DNA from: Sphaerodactylus townsendi
Taxonomy: Eukaryota
Direction of reading: 5' to 3'
Assembly (NCBI RefSeq): GCF_021028975.2
Contig: NC_059430.1
Location: 50,468,001 to 50,532,000, forward strand
Length of the DNA: 64,000 nt
Shown: one piece after another, positions 1 through 14,511 of the stretch
How the letters are laid out: each line of letters begins with the position of its first letter
Position numbering within the stretch: position 1 is the stretch's first letter
Notes under the pieces: model-generated
What the model saw: only the letters and a program-made list of their open reading frames with translations
Database searches by the model: none
What the model was told of the DNA's origin: nothing
Made by a program: the position numbers and the translations under genes

Positions 1-1599
1 CACTGAAGAGCCCCCAGGTAAGCATTCTATGTGTAATGGGCTAATTTTAACAATTTGTGGTCATAATTTACTTTCAAATTTAAATAGCGGAAGAAATACT
101 TACCACCTAGTTTTAAAAATGTTTATTGACTACTGTGAACTGTTAGAATAAAGTAAAAGTATTAATTCATTTTGTTCCCCTATCTTTTTTGTCTTTTTGA
201 CGTCTTACATCTACACATGTGCATATAAGCAGAAGCATCTGTTTAATAATCATGTTAAACTGCTATCCTATTCTGTCTCGCACCAACTCACTAATGCAAT
301 CAGCACACATAGATTTTTCATTAATCTTCAATTTGCTTAATTTTGGTGAACTGTTGTCTTTGAATGTTTCCCATCTTTCAGCTGTGTGACTAAACTGGTA
401 GAGCCATGTGCCATTCTTTCTCTGCTATTCCTGTTTCAATATAGATTTTATAGTTCATTAGCTGTCAATCAGTTTTAAATGGAGCAGCATTCATTTTATC
501 ATGTTCTGTAAAACACTTCTGTGATTCTTTCAGTGTCATACATTTATTTTGGTCTTAGCTCTATTTATTTCACTAAGCACTAAAGCCATCTGCAGCCACG
601 CTCATTTTAACATGTATTTATTTTAGCAAAAGCAATATTTGTTTCTTTTTATGCAGCATTCATTTGGGATGTTTATTCAAGCAAATAAATTGTGACTTAG
701 TGGCACTGTGAAAATTCCTTAGCTGTGCCAAACAATTCTTCCCCTTAGTATTTTTTATTTGTAGCAAACCATAGAGAGCTACAATTTCAAACAGTTCTTT
801 TCAAATCCTACTTAAGATGTATCAAAACAACAGGTGTGCATTTTAAAAAACCTCATGCACCTGATATAAACATTTAAAATCCTTTGTGCAATTGGAGACA
901 TGCAAAATTATCTTTTCAGTAGTTGCTAGCTGTTTTGGAGGAAAAAATTGGCCAGGGATGACTCACAGAACATATAATTGCCTTGTGAGAATGAAAGAGG
1001 GTGTTCAGTCTGAATAATACAACCAATATTCAGACCTGTCCACCCTGTATAGTACAAACATTTCCCTTAAGTATCAATATGCTATCAGATTTTAAATTAT
1101 GTCTTTATTCTAATTCCTTTAGTACATGTTATATTTATCGTAGGGATGCTGTTGAAAAGGAGCTCTTTGTAATACTAATTCCAGAGGAGGGTCAATATTA
1201 GTCTGTTCCAGTGCCTTAAAGATGAGCACATTTTTATTCTATGATATTTACAAGCTTAATCATTAAACTCCTTGGCAAATAAAATGCCCTTGCAGTGCCA
1301 CCTGAAAATGTGTAGAGTCAGTGTCCCCCTCATATCCCACAGAGTCACATCGACAGTGAAAAAGGTACAGGATTTGGGTGATTCCAAGCAGGCTACCTTA
1401 AGTTTCTCTGAACATCAGTAAATCAGTGACATATTCACAATTGCCAACTATGGGGGAATCTGAATATGCAAGATCTCAGACACCTCTAGTTGGCACACAG
1501 GGACATATGGGAAGAGACAGTGAGTGCTAGGCTGTGAAGGAGTTCAACGGTCATAACTAGCACCTTGAATCGAAAATTACAAAAAAACTGGCCACCAAT

Positions 1600-1950
1600 G
1601 TGAGATGCATTCCTGCTGGCTAATCCCAACAATAATAAGACTTCCATATTCTAAAACAATTGCAGTTTCTAGATTGTCTTCAAAGGCAGCCCAATATAGA
1701 GCATAGTCTTCTAGACAGTGCTGTTGACAAGAAGTATACAAAAAATAACTTTGTTTAGCAACCTGAGGCATCACTTCAGGTAAATAAGGCTTCCTCAGCC
1801 TGGTCTAGGGAGAGCTTTGGGATTGACTGACTCCTCCACCCAGAAATTAAAGTATTGCAGGAGAGTGACTTGGAAAAGCCACTTTCAGCATGGCTAAAGG
1901 CTTTGAAGACCCAGAAACTGAGTTGTTTGTCAATACATGGGAATTAGGAA
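1600..1950 (-). mobile_element. Old L2-like LINE fragment
   Basis: Reverse strand GCTCTATATTGGGCTGCCTTTGAAGACAATCTAGAAACTGCAAT resembles squamate L2 ORF2 3' region (recall). Confidence 0.45.
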
Positions 1951-4900
1951 GATGATGTCTCACCTCTCTGTACTCAAGTTGGTGCAGGTACAGACAGCAG
2001 GGGTTCAGTGAGTGCCTAAATATCTCCTGCAGCTTCTTAAAAATGAACCAAGTTGTTTCCCGTTAATTTAATCCATATTTGCTGCATGGGCTAAATTCTG
2101 AGTATTGAAATATGTGCAGGAATATAGCATATTTGAAGAAATACCTCTTACGTCTTTGAATATTGTGGTCTTTCGGATTCTTAATTTATGTTGGACATGA
2201 CTGTAGAAAAACTTAGGCTTGTTGGTAAAAAGGTACAAATAGTTTTCATTGTCTGGTAACGATGCTATTCTTATATTAGGTCCATTATAGAGTTCTGTTC
2301 CATTTGAATACACACTTAAAAAGTGTGTACTATAATGTTATGTAACTACATAAACAAATGTTTGTTTGACTGTGTTCAAAGTCATGAACATTTACAATTA
2401 GCACAAATGTTCACATAGCAATTGATTAAAATAAAGGTTTATGTACAAAGAATTCAGGTCCTAAGATAAATTATTCATTTCCTAAAATAAATTATTCATG
2501 TCCAGAGAAATGTGCTATCCAAGGAAGTTTACCATATTTGTTTCTTGAACATTCTACACACATATATATACCAAAACCAGTGTACCAATTGATTGTTCTT
2601 ACCAATTCCATTTCAATATCTTGCTTCCATATGTTTAAATAAAAAGAATATAGATGGCTTTGAGATAGGAAGTGTTCGTCTCTACAGATGGTCTAATATT
2701 ATGTTAATCCTTAGATTTTTAATTTCTTATGAACTTTTATTAAAGATCATGAGTATTTTTAAGTAAGAAGTAATGCCTATAATGTATGATTGTATACCTC
2801 TGTCACTTTATTAATATTCGTAGTCAGGAAACCATGATTCTACATTATTAAGAATCTCACACTGGATTGCATTTATTATGAATTACAGTTATTAAAATTA
2901 ACTGAAGCATGATAGTTTTTAAAAATGAAACTCTGGCTGCTTCCAAGTTTACAACTGTTATGAAATTATAATTACTATAATAAATATATTTTTCAAATTT
3001 ATTTCAAGCTCCTTAAGCTATAGTTAAATGAACCATGTAGTACATCAAAAGTTAGGTATATATTTTAAATTATTTAAATCAGGAAGTACCTGAGGTAGGA
3101 CTTTTTAGAACTTTTAAAGACCATCCTAAAAATGTTACTGAAAGCTATTGTATACTACATAAATTGGATACCAATTGTATATTCTACTTGAGATGGCGTA
3201 CCATGTCCTCATGTAAAAAAAAACACTGAGAGAGATGGAGACAATTAGATTTTTAGATTCCTGGACTCTTCTGGGCCATTGCTGGCTCTAAGTTGCTTTT
3301 TCCAGCAGCAGTGATAACTGCCACCACACAGTTGAGTAGTAGGACTGTCCACAAGGAAGAAGATGCTCAGAAAGTCAAAGAATTGAATAGTACTATCAGG
3401 CATAATACAGGGTTCTTTGGGAACTTTGGAGGCATGGGAGGGGGGAGAGTTTATTCTGTTTTAGTAAGTAAGAATAGTTTGATACCAGGTAGGTTGCCAT
3501 AGCAAAGTAAGCTAGACAAGATTTTGTGGTATCAAAATGTTGGAGTTGGTGGGTGGGTCTATGGTTGCCAGGCTTCCTGCTATAGCAGGTGGTTTCTCCT
3601 CAATTATGTCAGTTACTCGCTATCACTCCTAGTGGTAGCAATGGGAGAATAATGAAGAAAAAAGCATGGGTGGCCTTGTACCAATATTCCTCGTTTGAAT
3701 ACAACTTGAAGTGACAACACCTAGCTTAAGGAATCACCTTAAACAGAAGTGTTAGGCCAAGCAGGGGTCTTGATCTGGACAACTAAACATCACAGCAAAG
3801 CTCCTGCGGGCAGATACCCCATACAGAGGCTTTGCTCCATTGTGGGGCTCTGCTGAGCGGACGCTCCTGGCAAGAGGTGCTCCACAGATGCCCTATTTGG
3901 CAGGTGGTTGCCTCTTGCCACTGTCTATCATTCCCGAAGGGAGGGGTTAGCTCCCTAGCTCCCCTCCCCTGGCCCTTCCAGATCAATACCCATGTGCCAA
4001 AACTGCCAATGGCTATGACAAGTTAACGTGCATTAACAATCACTTGAAAACAGGGAGAGGTGGGTGAGCAAATCGCTAGCTGGCCCAAGCACATGGCCAG
4101 TACAAAGGATAGCCTGCTCCTTTAAATGTTCGGGCTAACCCTCCCCTCTTCTGATGTGGCCAGCAGGCGGCCTTTGTGTTGGTGCTTGCCCTAACCTGGT
4201 ATGGCCACTTCGCTGCTTCTGCCCTTACTGAGACCGAAATCAGCTCCTGCCCTATCCGCCCCGAGCAGCAACCGCAGCCCATGGTGATTCACAGGTGTCT
4301 ATAGCTTTGTATTGTGGTTCAGTAAAATTATCTTCCTAAAGACTGTGCAATCTTTATCTTAATCCTCTTCTCTGTACAATCCAGAAACTCATTGCTGAAA
4401 AGAAGCAACATAGAATTGGCTTCTACGTCAATCTCCATACTTCCATACTGAAGGCTGTTCTTGGGACAAATTTCTTACAAGTGGAATATTGGAAAAATGA
4501 GATAATGAAGCATTGTAAATAAAACATAGACAGCTGGAGGGGAATAATGAAGCAAATTCTCTTTGAGATATGTAAGTTAGGTAACCATGATTAAAGCTAT
4601 GAATGCATAATGTAAACCTCTCACGCAAAGGGGGATTTATTGAGCCAAAGACAGTGTTATTGTATAAGATTGGATATTAGCCCTCCAAATATAATATGCA
4701 TTCAGACCTCATTACAGAAGCTTATATTTGGATGGCATAAAAAAGGCAAAATGCCTAAATATAGTAATCATCACTGCATGCTGAATTTATGCATATTTTT
4801 ACTGAAAATGTTTAAGAAGGCTGTTTATGTTGAATGAAAATTGAAATGACAGGTATTAGGAGGAAGGGCATTGAAAAAGGATGTTCTGCTTAGAGGTCTT

Positions 4901-6360
4901 CTGTGGCATATTATGCTTTTAGATGTCTCACATAAGAACACTGATGAGAACTTATTGCCAACCCTGACAGGTAGAACAAGAATCACTGTGTGCAAATATC
5001 ATATTATCTAAACCAAATGCCTACTTTTCCAACCCAAACTCCTTTGCAGCATGCATACCATAAAACCCTTCTTGGTTTAGTCTGCTTGACCATGTTCGGC
5101 ATCGTGCTATATACAGAGAAAGCTATTTGTTTCTTCTTTGCATTCTGCAAGCAAACAAACAAGAACTGATCTTTGAGCAGCAAGAAAAATATCTTGGCCA
5201 TGAATTTCTGAATGGTACCTGTTTTAGGCTTTTGGAGCAGCAACAAAAAAAGACTCTAGTAACATTCTAAAGACAAATAGGTTTTTTGAACTTCCATGGA
5301 GTACAGGTCACATCATCAGATGCATGAAGCATATTTTCAGTTGAAAGATATGAGTATATACAGTTATTTGGAAAATAATAGAAATGGTCTTAAAGCTATA
5401 TAATGCAAGAGAGGACAGGCAGTGACATTTCTATTTAAAGCTTGTGTACAGGATAAGGACAGTGACTATTCACAAAAGCACTGATAAGGTATAATTCCTA
5501 GTCTTTTTCTAATCTGGAAAGCACTATTTTATACCAGAAATCCATTGATAGTGCTGCATATTTGTGTGTTTCCAACAACCACACTTTGAGATGTCAACAA
5601 CCAAGCTTTGCAATACAACCCCATTTGCTCGGTTTCTTGAGACGAGGACTTTAGATAGAAGGATTTGCATTTATCGTTCTTAAAAATGAAACACCTACTT
5701 TAGTGACTGAAGAAAAGAAAAAGATTGACAAGGCCAAGCTGTTGCACAAGAGTAGGCTTCTACAAGTAATTTCCGAAATAGAAAGAAATATGACAATACT
5801 TATGTAAAATTCAGTGAAGTTAGAAGGGTGAGACCCTGTTCAGGATTGCATTGATGTTATCATTTACAGATCTCATCTAAAACAATTTTATTGCATGAAT
5901 GATCTACAGCCACTATTACCCAAAATGGTGGGAGTATCTCCCTTTTAGAGTTGGGGATTAGTAAGAGCAGACTCTTGGTTTAGGAAAAGGTTGGGCAAGC
6001 TCAGGTTCCTTGTGGCCTATATACCAAGATGAGCTTTTGCAAGAAATTCCACAGGAAAATGAATAAAGTTTAACAATTTTGTTCATGGATAATAGGGGTA
6101 CATAAGCACACAATAACCAAAGCAGTAGAGTACACACACAGTCCTGGAATGAGGGGATAGGTGTGGAATAGCAAGGAATTGGGGAAATTATTAGGAATGA
6201 TACTGTACCAGATTCTGAAGTGGCTTTGGGTCCATGAAGCAGAGTCCAGCAACCTGTACTGAACTCCAAGGAAACAGGGTAGAAAGCAGATGGTACATAG
6301 CAGCAACTGAACCAAAGTACTTCTGGCTCAGAAGTACTGGGGAGAATGGTGTGACCAAAC

Positions 6361-6495
6361 TAGTGGTGGGATTCAGCAGGTTTGCACCACTTCGGCAGAA
6401 CCGGTTGTTAAAATGGTGCTTCTGTACTATTAGTTGTTAAATTATTTGAATCCCAGCACTGGAACCGGTTGTTAAATTATTTGAATCCCACCCTG
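6361..6495. mobile_element. hAT MITE (9326 family) with duplicated end
   Basis: AGTGGTGGGATTCAGCAGG...; GTTGTTAAATTATTTGAATCCCA occurs twice. Diverged TSD GACCAAAC/GGCCAGAC. Confidence 0.8.
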
Positions 6496-9325
6496 GGCCA
6501 GACCAATGGTCCAGACATACTAAAAACTGTGCGTGGGCCTATTTTATAGCTAAGAGAGCTTAATCTCCCAGAACAAAGAGGAGTCTTGCCTTTCTGGGGA
6601 AAGACAAGAAACAGTCATGAACCTTAAGTGTTGGGTCATTAATCTAATGGACTGAGCTTGAAGGGTCAAGCTTGTGAGTGCTTTAAAGGGGGAAGGTAGC
6701 TGATGGAACTGCAGCTATAGAACAATGGCAATGTGAATGAGGTGGTGGTTAGAAATATTAGTCATAGGAAGAAGCATTTGGTTAATACAACACTGGGCAC
6801 AAACACTCCAGGCAAACACATTAACAAGTCCTTTGTCTATGCAGGGGTGTATAGTCCAGGGATTGGAATGCTCTCCAGGGCAGGATCATTGTGATCTATT
6901 AACGACTTTAGGAAGGGTGTGAGACAGGTGCTTTGCAGGGCAGATATGGGCAAGGTCATATCCAGAGAGGTTTTTTCTGTGTCCTTGTGGGTATGCTCAG
7001 CCAATACAGAGAATGGGCTCCTCATTTTGGCACTGCACTGCTAGGCACCCCAAGGGTTGGTAATAGTGGCTTAGCATCCACTGGGTGTGGGGGCGACGTC
7101 CTGGGTGGAGCAGCGACAGAGACATGGCTGGGCTGTTGAGGGGGTATGGTGGGGACATGGCGAAAGCATTCCTGGGTGGGGGTGGGTGATGCTGTGGTAG
7201 GGGTGCAGGGTGCAGTTTCCCCTCGCTCCACTTCTGGTTGGTAAGATGAGTAAAGATATTGCTGTCATAAAAGTAGGGCTCTCCAAGGGTTAGTCTGGTA
7301 ACATTCCTGAACAATATTTCTGCAGGCCTTTCCTTGTTTATAACTCCACCCCATCTAAATCATGAACTATTATTACAGGACTCAATGTGAAGCAGTTATT
7401 TACATCTGTAAATGGGCCCACTAACAGAGACTCAAGGCTAGAAGGTTGCAGCAAGTCCATATGCTATGAGATAATATTATGACATGACACAGTATAATCC
7501 ATAACATTACATGAATATTCTCTGCTCAGTCACTTTAATCTGTTCAATCATTTCTCCTCAGTATAATTCAGCCTTCCATTTAAAATGAATTAGTTAGTCT
7601 CTTTGCAAAATAAAAAAGTGGAGACAAACTTGACTTCCAAAAGGCAACATTTGGAAACCAGAGGAAGCCTATTCCAGCTTGTCAAGATATCTTATGCTAA
7701 CCTGAAAGCCATTCTCTTCATTTGGGCCACCCAGCAGCTTTGAAGAAAGTCTTCTTGCCTTTCATAACTTTCTCTACTCATTAATTTTACAAGTGGTCTC
7801 TTAAGACTTTTTTCAAGCATAGAGAATAACTTTCAAGCATACTGGGGACACACTTCAACTCTCCCCCCTTGATTAATTTCTGTTCATCCCCTTCATACTT
7901 CTTTTTACATTTTATTTTAAAAATAATTTCAAAACTCAAACAGGGAACCTTGTACTTCAAAATACAAGCAATCATTGACTGACAAGATAAATGAAAAGAT
8001 GAAAATGCTGATTATGTTGTAAAGTTCCATGGACTAGAACAAATGACATACACATGCTCACACTTGGTTTTGGGGAAAAATATAAATAGCGGGGTGAAAA
8101 ACCATGAAATGCAACTGGTACCAGCAACTGGTATGGCTTTTCTAGACAATTCTGTATATTATAGAAGTGGTCACTTTTCACAACAACAAAAAATTGTGCC
8201 AGAACAATACATAAATGAGCAGAAATGATGATCTGTTGCTACCATGAAAACCTTAATGCAGTTCAACCTAATACAACATATGGATATCACAGTTCATCTT
8301 AGAAAACATCTTGAACTGTGGAAGTACACAAAGAACTGGGCAAAGCTGTGAATCTGGCCAATAGATTTTCATTGGGAATCCATGGTTTGGGAAAGGAATC
8401 CACACACAAAGGTTCCAGTCTAATTGGTACACTTTGTGTGATGTTTGTGACCTCATTTTATTCAGCTTTGTTCACAGGCTTCATGTATAGCTCTATTATC
8501 CCATGCAAGTATTTGCATGCCTTCAGACAAGAACCCAAAAATTTATTTTGATTTATCTTAATGGAAAATAGGGATGCAAGAAAACTGGATGAGAGCAGTC
8601 TGTTATTTACATAGGGTTAGATTATAGATTTGAAGGGCACTTTCCACCATGAAATGGCTGCAATGAGAAAATAAAAGCATAGAATATCCTTGCATAATTA
8701 GTATAATATATCTCTATTAACTTTTCTTCCTCATCCCAGGTTTTTTGAGATGTTTCTGATAACATTTTAGACAGTCATCATGGGGACTAGCATTTAACTT
8801 CTCTGTTTCTCTGCCCTATTCTGTCATGCTTCTCCTGTCAGGTCAATTTCTCTTTCCACAGTTGAATTAGTCTTCAAGAGCAGGTTTGTATGTTTCTTGG
8901 TTTTCCCTTCTTTTCCTTAGCTACTGCTGTCCCCTCCCACAGGCAGGTAGCTTGGGTAAGAAAATGTGACAATATTTTAATAATTCTCTTTTTCCCCCCC
9001 ATTGTGTTAAATTTCCCTTTCCTTTGTGAAAACCACATAACCTTGTTTTAAAATTATTTTTTCTCATTAGTTAAATAAAAGCCTCCTTTGTATTGAAAAG
9101 TTTATTGCCGTAATTCTTTTTGAGTATTGGTCTGAACCTCAACCTCAGTGTACATTGGGTTAAAGAACTCAATTTTAACTAGCCCACAAAGCATGCATCT
9201 GCACCCTGCCAGCAGAGTGATGTCTTTGCTCATTATGGGACTTTCATGTGAACAATATTTTGGGTGACATCTTCTGAAATGACAGCAGCTGGCAGCGGGA
9301 CATTAATGTTGCTTTTGGCTGGAGG

Positions 9326-9426
9326 CAGTGGTGGGATTCAAATAATTTAACAACTGGTTGTTTACAAGCACCATTTTAACAACCGGTTTTGCCGAAGTGG
9401 TGTGAACCTGCTGAATCTCACCACTG
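9326..9426. mobile_element. ~100-bp hAT MITE
   Basis: CAGTGGTGGGATTCA...TGAATCTCACCACTG with 8-bp TSD GCTGGAGG. Confidence 0.9.
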
Positions 9427-10539
9427 GCTGGAGGACTTCCTTCCCCAAAAAACTTTCTTTGCAACAGTTTACTAAGTATTAGGAAAAGCAATTGAAAAAT
9501 ATTGTGTGGGATCTTATGCCAATTTGAGTCAAGTGTATTCGCTGGCTATTTCTGTCAGGAATACATTGAAGATGAAGAGATCTATTTCTAGATGGTTACA
9601 ATGGAAAATCATATTGAAGGGACTGGTTGAATGAATCAGAGATTTTTACTGTGTAAAATGTTATTTGGGATTTCAAAAAAACTTTTATCTCATCAACACC
9701 AAGGGTCTATCCAGTTAATTGACAATTTCATGGATGGCTTCCATTCTTTGTAATCTTTGCAATTTAATGCTATGTTTATTATTTGCTTATTAAATATAAA
9801 TATTGCTGCTGGTGGCTGCAGTCACTGGAATATTTCTTTCTTGGCATGCTTGAGCACATTTTGTGGTTATTACTGATTTCAGCACTAGGTATATTATGTA
9901 TAACCAGCACAGCAAGAAGCTAGTTTCCAAGAAGCTGGGTCAGAAGTAGCCACTAACAGAAAAGCAGCTGATTGAAGGGGGGAGGGAGTATTTCTTCTCC
10001 ACACTACTTGGTGCTAACTTATAATTCTTCACACATCTTTTCTAAGATGTTTTTGTTTCCAGCTTTGGTGCTATATTTTAAAGCTGCATGCAGAGAGCAA
10101 ATTCAGAATCTGGGCCCCTCAGCCTGTTAGATTCTGAATGTGGTAATTTAGCAGAGTACATAAAAGCTATTGTGCACAGCAAAGCCCCATCTAATTTGTA
10201 TGTGTGCCAGGAACAAAATTACTTGAAGCCTTTTTATCTATTCAAATGAATATACTTCGTTTATTGTAGAAACTCAATTTTTAAAATAAAGTAGAAATTT
10301 GGAAGAGTAAATATTGGAGGGTAAATATAATTTCCTAATCTAGTCAAACTAACTAGGATGGAAGGTGATACAGGACCTACTTTCTTCCCTCATGGTTGAT
10401 AGACAGAGAGGAAGTGTGGAGAGAAGGTGTAAAAGAAGAAAGTTTCCCTGAAAATAACAATCTACACCTCAAAAGGGATAGTGTCAGAAAAGTAGAGAAA
10501 GGATGCCCAGTGGATTGATCTCTCAGTCTCTCTGACTGT

Positions 10540-10903
10540 ATTATTATCTCTGGTTTTGGTTGATTTTACAGCTGCCAGTTCTTCAGCTGGTTGTTGGCCT
10601 CTCATTACAATTCGAGCCTACCCAGAGGCCTAGGAAGTTGTAATGTATTGGCATAGTATTCATGCAGATCCTAGCAGGGCTGTCTTCTGAATCTGACAGA
10701 TGTTGATTTTGTCAATTTGAATATGTTTCAAGTGCTGCCCTAGCAATTTTGGAATGGCGCCCAGAGTGCCGATTACCACTGGGATGACCTCAGCTGGTTG
10801 GTGCCATAGTTGCTGTAACTCAGTTTTCAAATCGTGGTATTTTATTATTATGGCTGTTTTCACAGCTGCTAGTTTTTTAGCTGGTTGTTGACCTCTCATT
10901 ACA
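10540..10903 (-). mobile_element. R4/Dong-like (RLE) non-LTR retrotransposon 3' ends, two in tandem
   Basis: KYHDLKTELQQLWHQPAEVIPVVIGTLGAIP...IQKTALLGSA is typical of the RLE C-terminus. (TAA)n tails near 10540 and 10845. The 3'UTR segment is duplicated (10564-10609 and 10857-10903). Confidence 0.75.
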
Positions 10904-11540
10904 GCATGCTCAATTGTTAGGTCTGTCTCTGGTGATGAACAGATCTTGTACAATTTATTGCCCAATCCATATTGGGGGGGGGGGAATCCCCTTGCAGAGG
11001 CAGCATGGGGCTGTGCCAACATGTTTGCCCCCTCTGCTGGTGTCAGTGGAGGGAGCAGCAAAGGACCAGTGGCTGGCTATCCCTCAGCTCTTCAGTGGCA
11101 AAACCCAGATGTTGGCATGAGGTGGGCAGGACATTCCCAGTGGTAGAATAGATTTCAGATCCCTTCCCAGGTTTGTGGCTAGTTGCACTGTGGCTCCGGT
11201 CCTGGATTTATGCCACTCTTTTGGGTGGTGTAAGTCCATTAAGCTCTATGGATGGCTTTCTGGCAGAGTGGTGGTATTTTGCCATTTTCTTTTTCCCTGC
11301 ACTGTTAGAAAGCCCTCTGGATCTGCATCTGACTAGTAACCAGTCACCTTTCCATACTTGCCTCCAAGTCTAATACAGGCCATGCAGTTGGCCTTGAAGG
11401 CCAAGTGTCCCCCTTTGTGTATTCCATTCAGAATTCTCTGGAATATCAGTGTCTGAATCTAAATTCACCTCTTCCATCATTGCTGATAGATTCAATTCTA
11501 GATTTATGGTAAGGTCTTTTCAGGTGATTTTGATAAGTGT

Positions 11541-11838
11541 GGAAGGGTATAGTGGTTAAGAGCAAGTAAATTATAAACTGGAGAACGGGTTTGATTCCCC
11601 ACTTCTCCATCTGAGTGGCTGAGGCTTAACTGGTGAACCAGATGTGTTTACGCACTCCCACATTCCTGCTGGGTGACCTTGGGCTAGTCACAGTTCTTCG
11701 GAACTCTCTCAGCCCCAAATACCTCACAAAGTGTCTGTTGTGGGGAGAGGAAGAAAAAGGAGCTTGCAAACCCCTTTGAGTCTCCTTACAGGAGAGAAAA
11801 GGGAGGGGGTATAAATTCAAACTCTTCTTCTTCTTCTT
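11541..11838 (+). mobile_element. tRNA-derived SINE (squamate/gecko type)
   Basis: Box A TAGTGGTTAAG, box B GGTTTGATTCC and a (TTC)n tail. Confidence 0.85.
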
Positions 11839-12045
11839 ATAAAAGAAGGGGCTTCCTACATAAAGTCAGAATGTTGAATTGTGTACAGAACTTAACTTTT
11901 AGTCCATTTCATTCCCTCATGTAAATAATCAATCAAAAATGGTGCACCAAATTTTCAGGACCTCTTTGTAAATGCTCTTAAAGAACCTGATCTAAAGACT
12001 ATTGAAGAGAAGAGAAACTCTCATCACAATGGCCCTTCTTTGTGG

Positions 12046-13424
12046 AGTCCATTCCACAAAGAACAAATAAGATGTCCTGGGGACATTTTAAAAAGGCATT
12101 TTGGGAAGCAATTCTGTGCAGCTTTCCCCCCAATATGTCCTCTGGACGCTTTATTTCAGCTCAAGGCAGTTTTTTAAAAAACCTTGAAAGTGCACCTTTT
12201 TTCTTTAAGGCAACTGCAAGATGTCCCCTGCCTGGCTGGGTGGAATGCACAGTTCAGGAGGCATCTTATTTTTCCCACCCAACTTTTTTGCTGTTTGGTC
12301 AGTTTCACCCTCCACTTGCACCCAACATTTTGTGTGCTGGTGAAGAGATTCTTCTTGCCTCCATTTGCTGAAGATTGCCCCGCAATGTTCACTCTGCAGG
12401 CTCTGATTCTGGGTGCCTTTTCAGCCCCCAAAATACATAGTTGTACTCAGCATATCCTACCACTTTCAGCAATATATATAGTTTTCTTATTTTCTTTTCA
12501 AGGAGCTATCTTCAAAGATATAGAGACACACATAAGTGAATCTTAGCCTCTCGGAAAACTTCAATTGAAAAGCATTGAGACCATAGAAGACAGGTCTACC
12601 ACCCATTGGTGGATTCCACCTGGGCCACAACAGCAGCTTCCCACCAGAATATATGATTGTGGTGGAACCTGGGGGCCATTTGCACGCTAAGGTGTGAGTG
12701 GCCCCAGAGCAGCCCCAGAGGAGCCGTGGCACCTTCACATGGAGGCATCTCTATTTTTTTCCCCCACACTTACCATCTCTCCCTGTGGAGCTCTGCAGGG
12801 AGAGAAGATAAGTGTGGGAGGAAATGGAGGGACCGAAAAGCTCCACGGGGAGAGAAGGTAGGTGTAAGGGAAATGGAGGCGCTGAAAAGCAGCGCCTCCA
12901 GCCTGGTGCTGGTTGCATGGCACTGGCTGGGAAATGCTGTTTCCCAATAGCCTCACTCATTGAGCAAGGAAGGGAAACAACATTTCCACCCTGGGGGGTG
13001 GGGGAATCATGCCACTGCATTGTAATCCCAATGCTTTTCAATGTGTGTCCTCCAAGCAGCTAAGATTCTCTAATGTGTATCTGAGTATCTTTGAAAATAA
13101 CTCCTGCAAAAAAAAAATTCTGGAATCAGCAGGACAAGCTGAATACAACTTTCTATTTTTTGGGCTGAAACGGCACTCAAGATTGGAGTCTGCAGAGCAA
13201 ACATCCTGGGGCAATCTTCAGCGAATGGAGGCAGGGAGAATCCTTTCACCAGCACACAAAATATCAAGCACAAGTGGAGGGTGAAACTTACCAAAAAATG
13301 AAATGGTCAGGAGGGAAAAAGCCTCTTTTCCTCTCTGACACCTTTGCTGTCTGGAACCAAACTGGCAGCCACCTCTTTTTAAGATGTCCCATAGATGTCT
13401 TTTTTGTGCTTTGTGGTACAGGCC
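12046..13424. mobile_element. Harbinger-type MITE with long inverted arms
   Basis: 12300-12560 is the reverse complement of 13050-13290. Termini AGTCCATTCCACAAAG / CTTTGTGGTACAGGCC. Confidence 0.72.
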
Positions 13425-14511
13425 ACTGAGATTGATGTCTTGAGTTGGAATAAGCAATCCAGATACTGCCATGCAATTGAATTGGACAATTTATTAGAAA
13501 CATTCTGAGATAGCATCTGATCAAGCCATTGGGAGTCGCATCACACTCCCATTTCCTTTGGAGCACAAATAATGATATAAAATCAGTATAATAAAAACAA
13601 AATAGTTAAAATACGTTTGTAATTATTTCTTAAAATTCTTTACCATAGTGAGAGAAATGATTGAAACGATTGTATCCTCTTTCCTTTCAGGTCCTTTGAT
13701 GCATGCAATGCTACCAATTTCAACTCCAGGGACAAATAGAAAGGACTGCAGTAATCTATTTTCAGCTATAAATGTGTCTCCTTAAGGAGAAAGCTTTCAC
13801 CTTATAGCAGTTTTGGCACGACTATTTACAGAATCAAGGTAAATACATTTCCAGTAGCAAGACCACCAAAACTGACAAGAGTTCAGCCTCTCTTATTTTT
13901 TCCTTGTCTGAGAATCTTAGTAGTTATAATTTGCTATTGCAACAAATTGCCCTATGCTGAATGTTTTTTTCTATTTTTTTTCTTTTTCTGTTTACAGAGG
14001 GAGTTCTAAGGCACTAATTATTCAAGCAAATACTAGGTTTATCACCTTCATTTTAGCCAGGCGATTCTAAAGCTGTGCAGTGTGTGAGGGAAGGGCTGGA
14101 TAACAAGCCAAAATTTCTAAATTTCATGCAAAACCATAATTAAAATGAATATCAAATAGTTTAGACCCTGATTTGATTTACCCTAAGTAACCACAGTTAA
14201 TGGAGTGGTTTCTGTTTGGAGGATTACAATAACCAAGCTTGAATTAACTAAACCACGGTTTTGTACAATGTCTAAAATGAGTATTTGTCTTGAGGCTAAC
14301 TTCTAGAGTGACTTCAAAAATGTGGAGAACTCCATGCTATTTCAGGGCATTTCTTCCATTGCTTCACAAAGTGATTGGAAGAACTCTCAGTGATGATAAC
14401 AATCCATTAGATATGCTGTTCTCTAAATTACTGCCCCTAATGTGGATCTCTTACTATGTTAAAAGAGTTTCCAGTGGTCTCCATGTGGAGGGCTGCTGCT
14501 GAAAAGTCATT

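Noticed and set aside
1-23. Possible host exon end (CCCAG|GTAAGC)
   Set aside because: Only 17 nt are visible, so no gene can be assigned.
11541-11610. tRNA gene
   Set aside because: The A/B boxes belong to a SINE head, and no complete cloverleaf is evident.
13691-13839. Exon-like segment with good acceptor and donor
   Set aside because: Stops in all three frames; no support as a coding exon.
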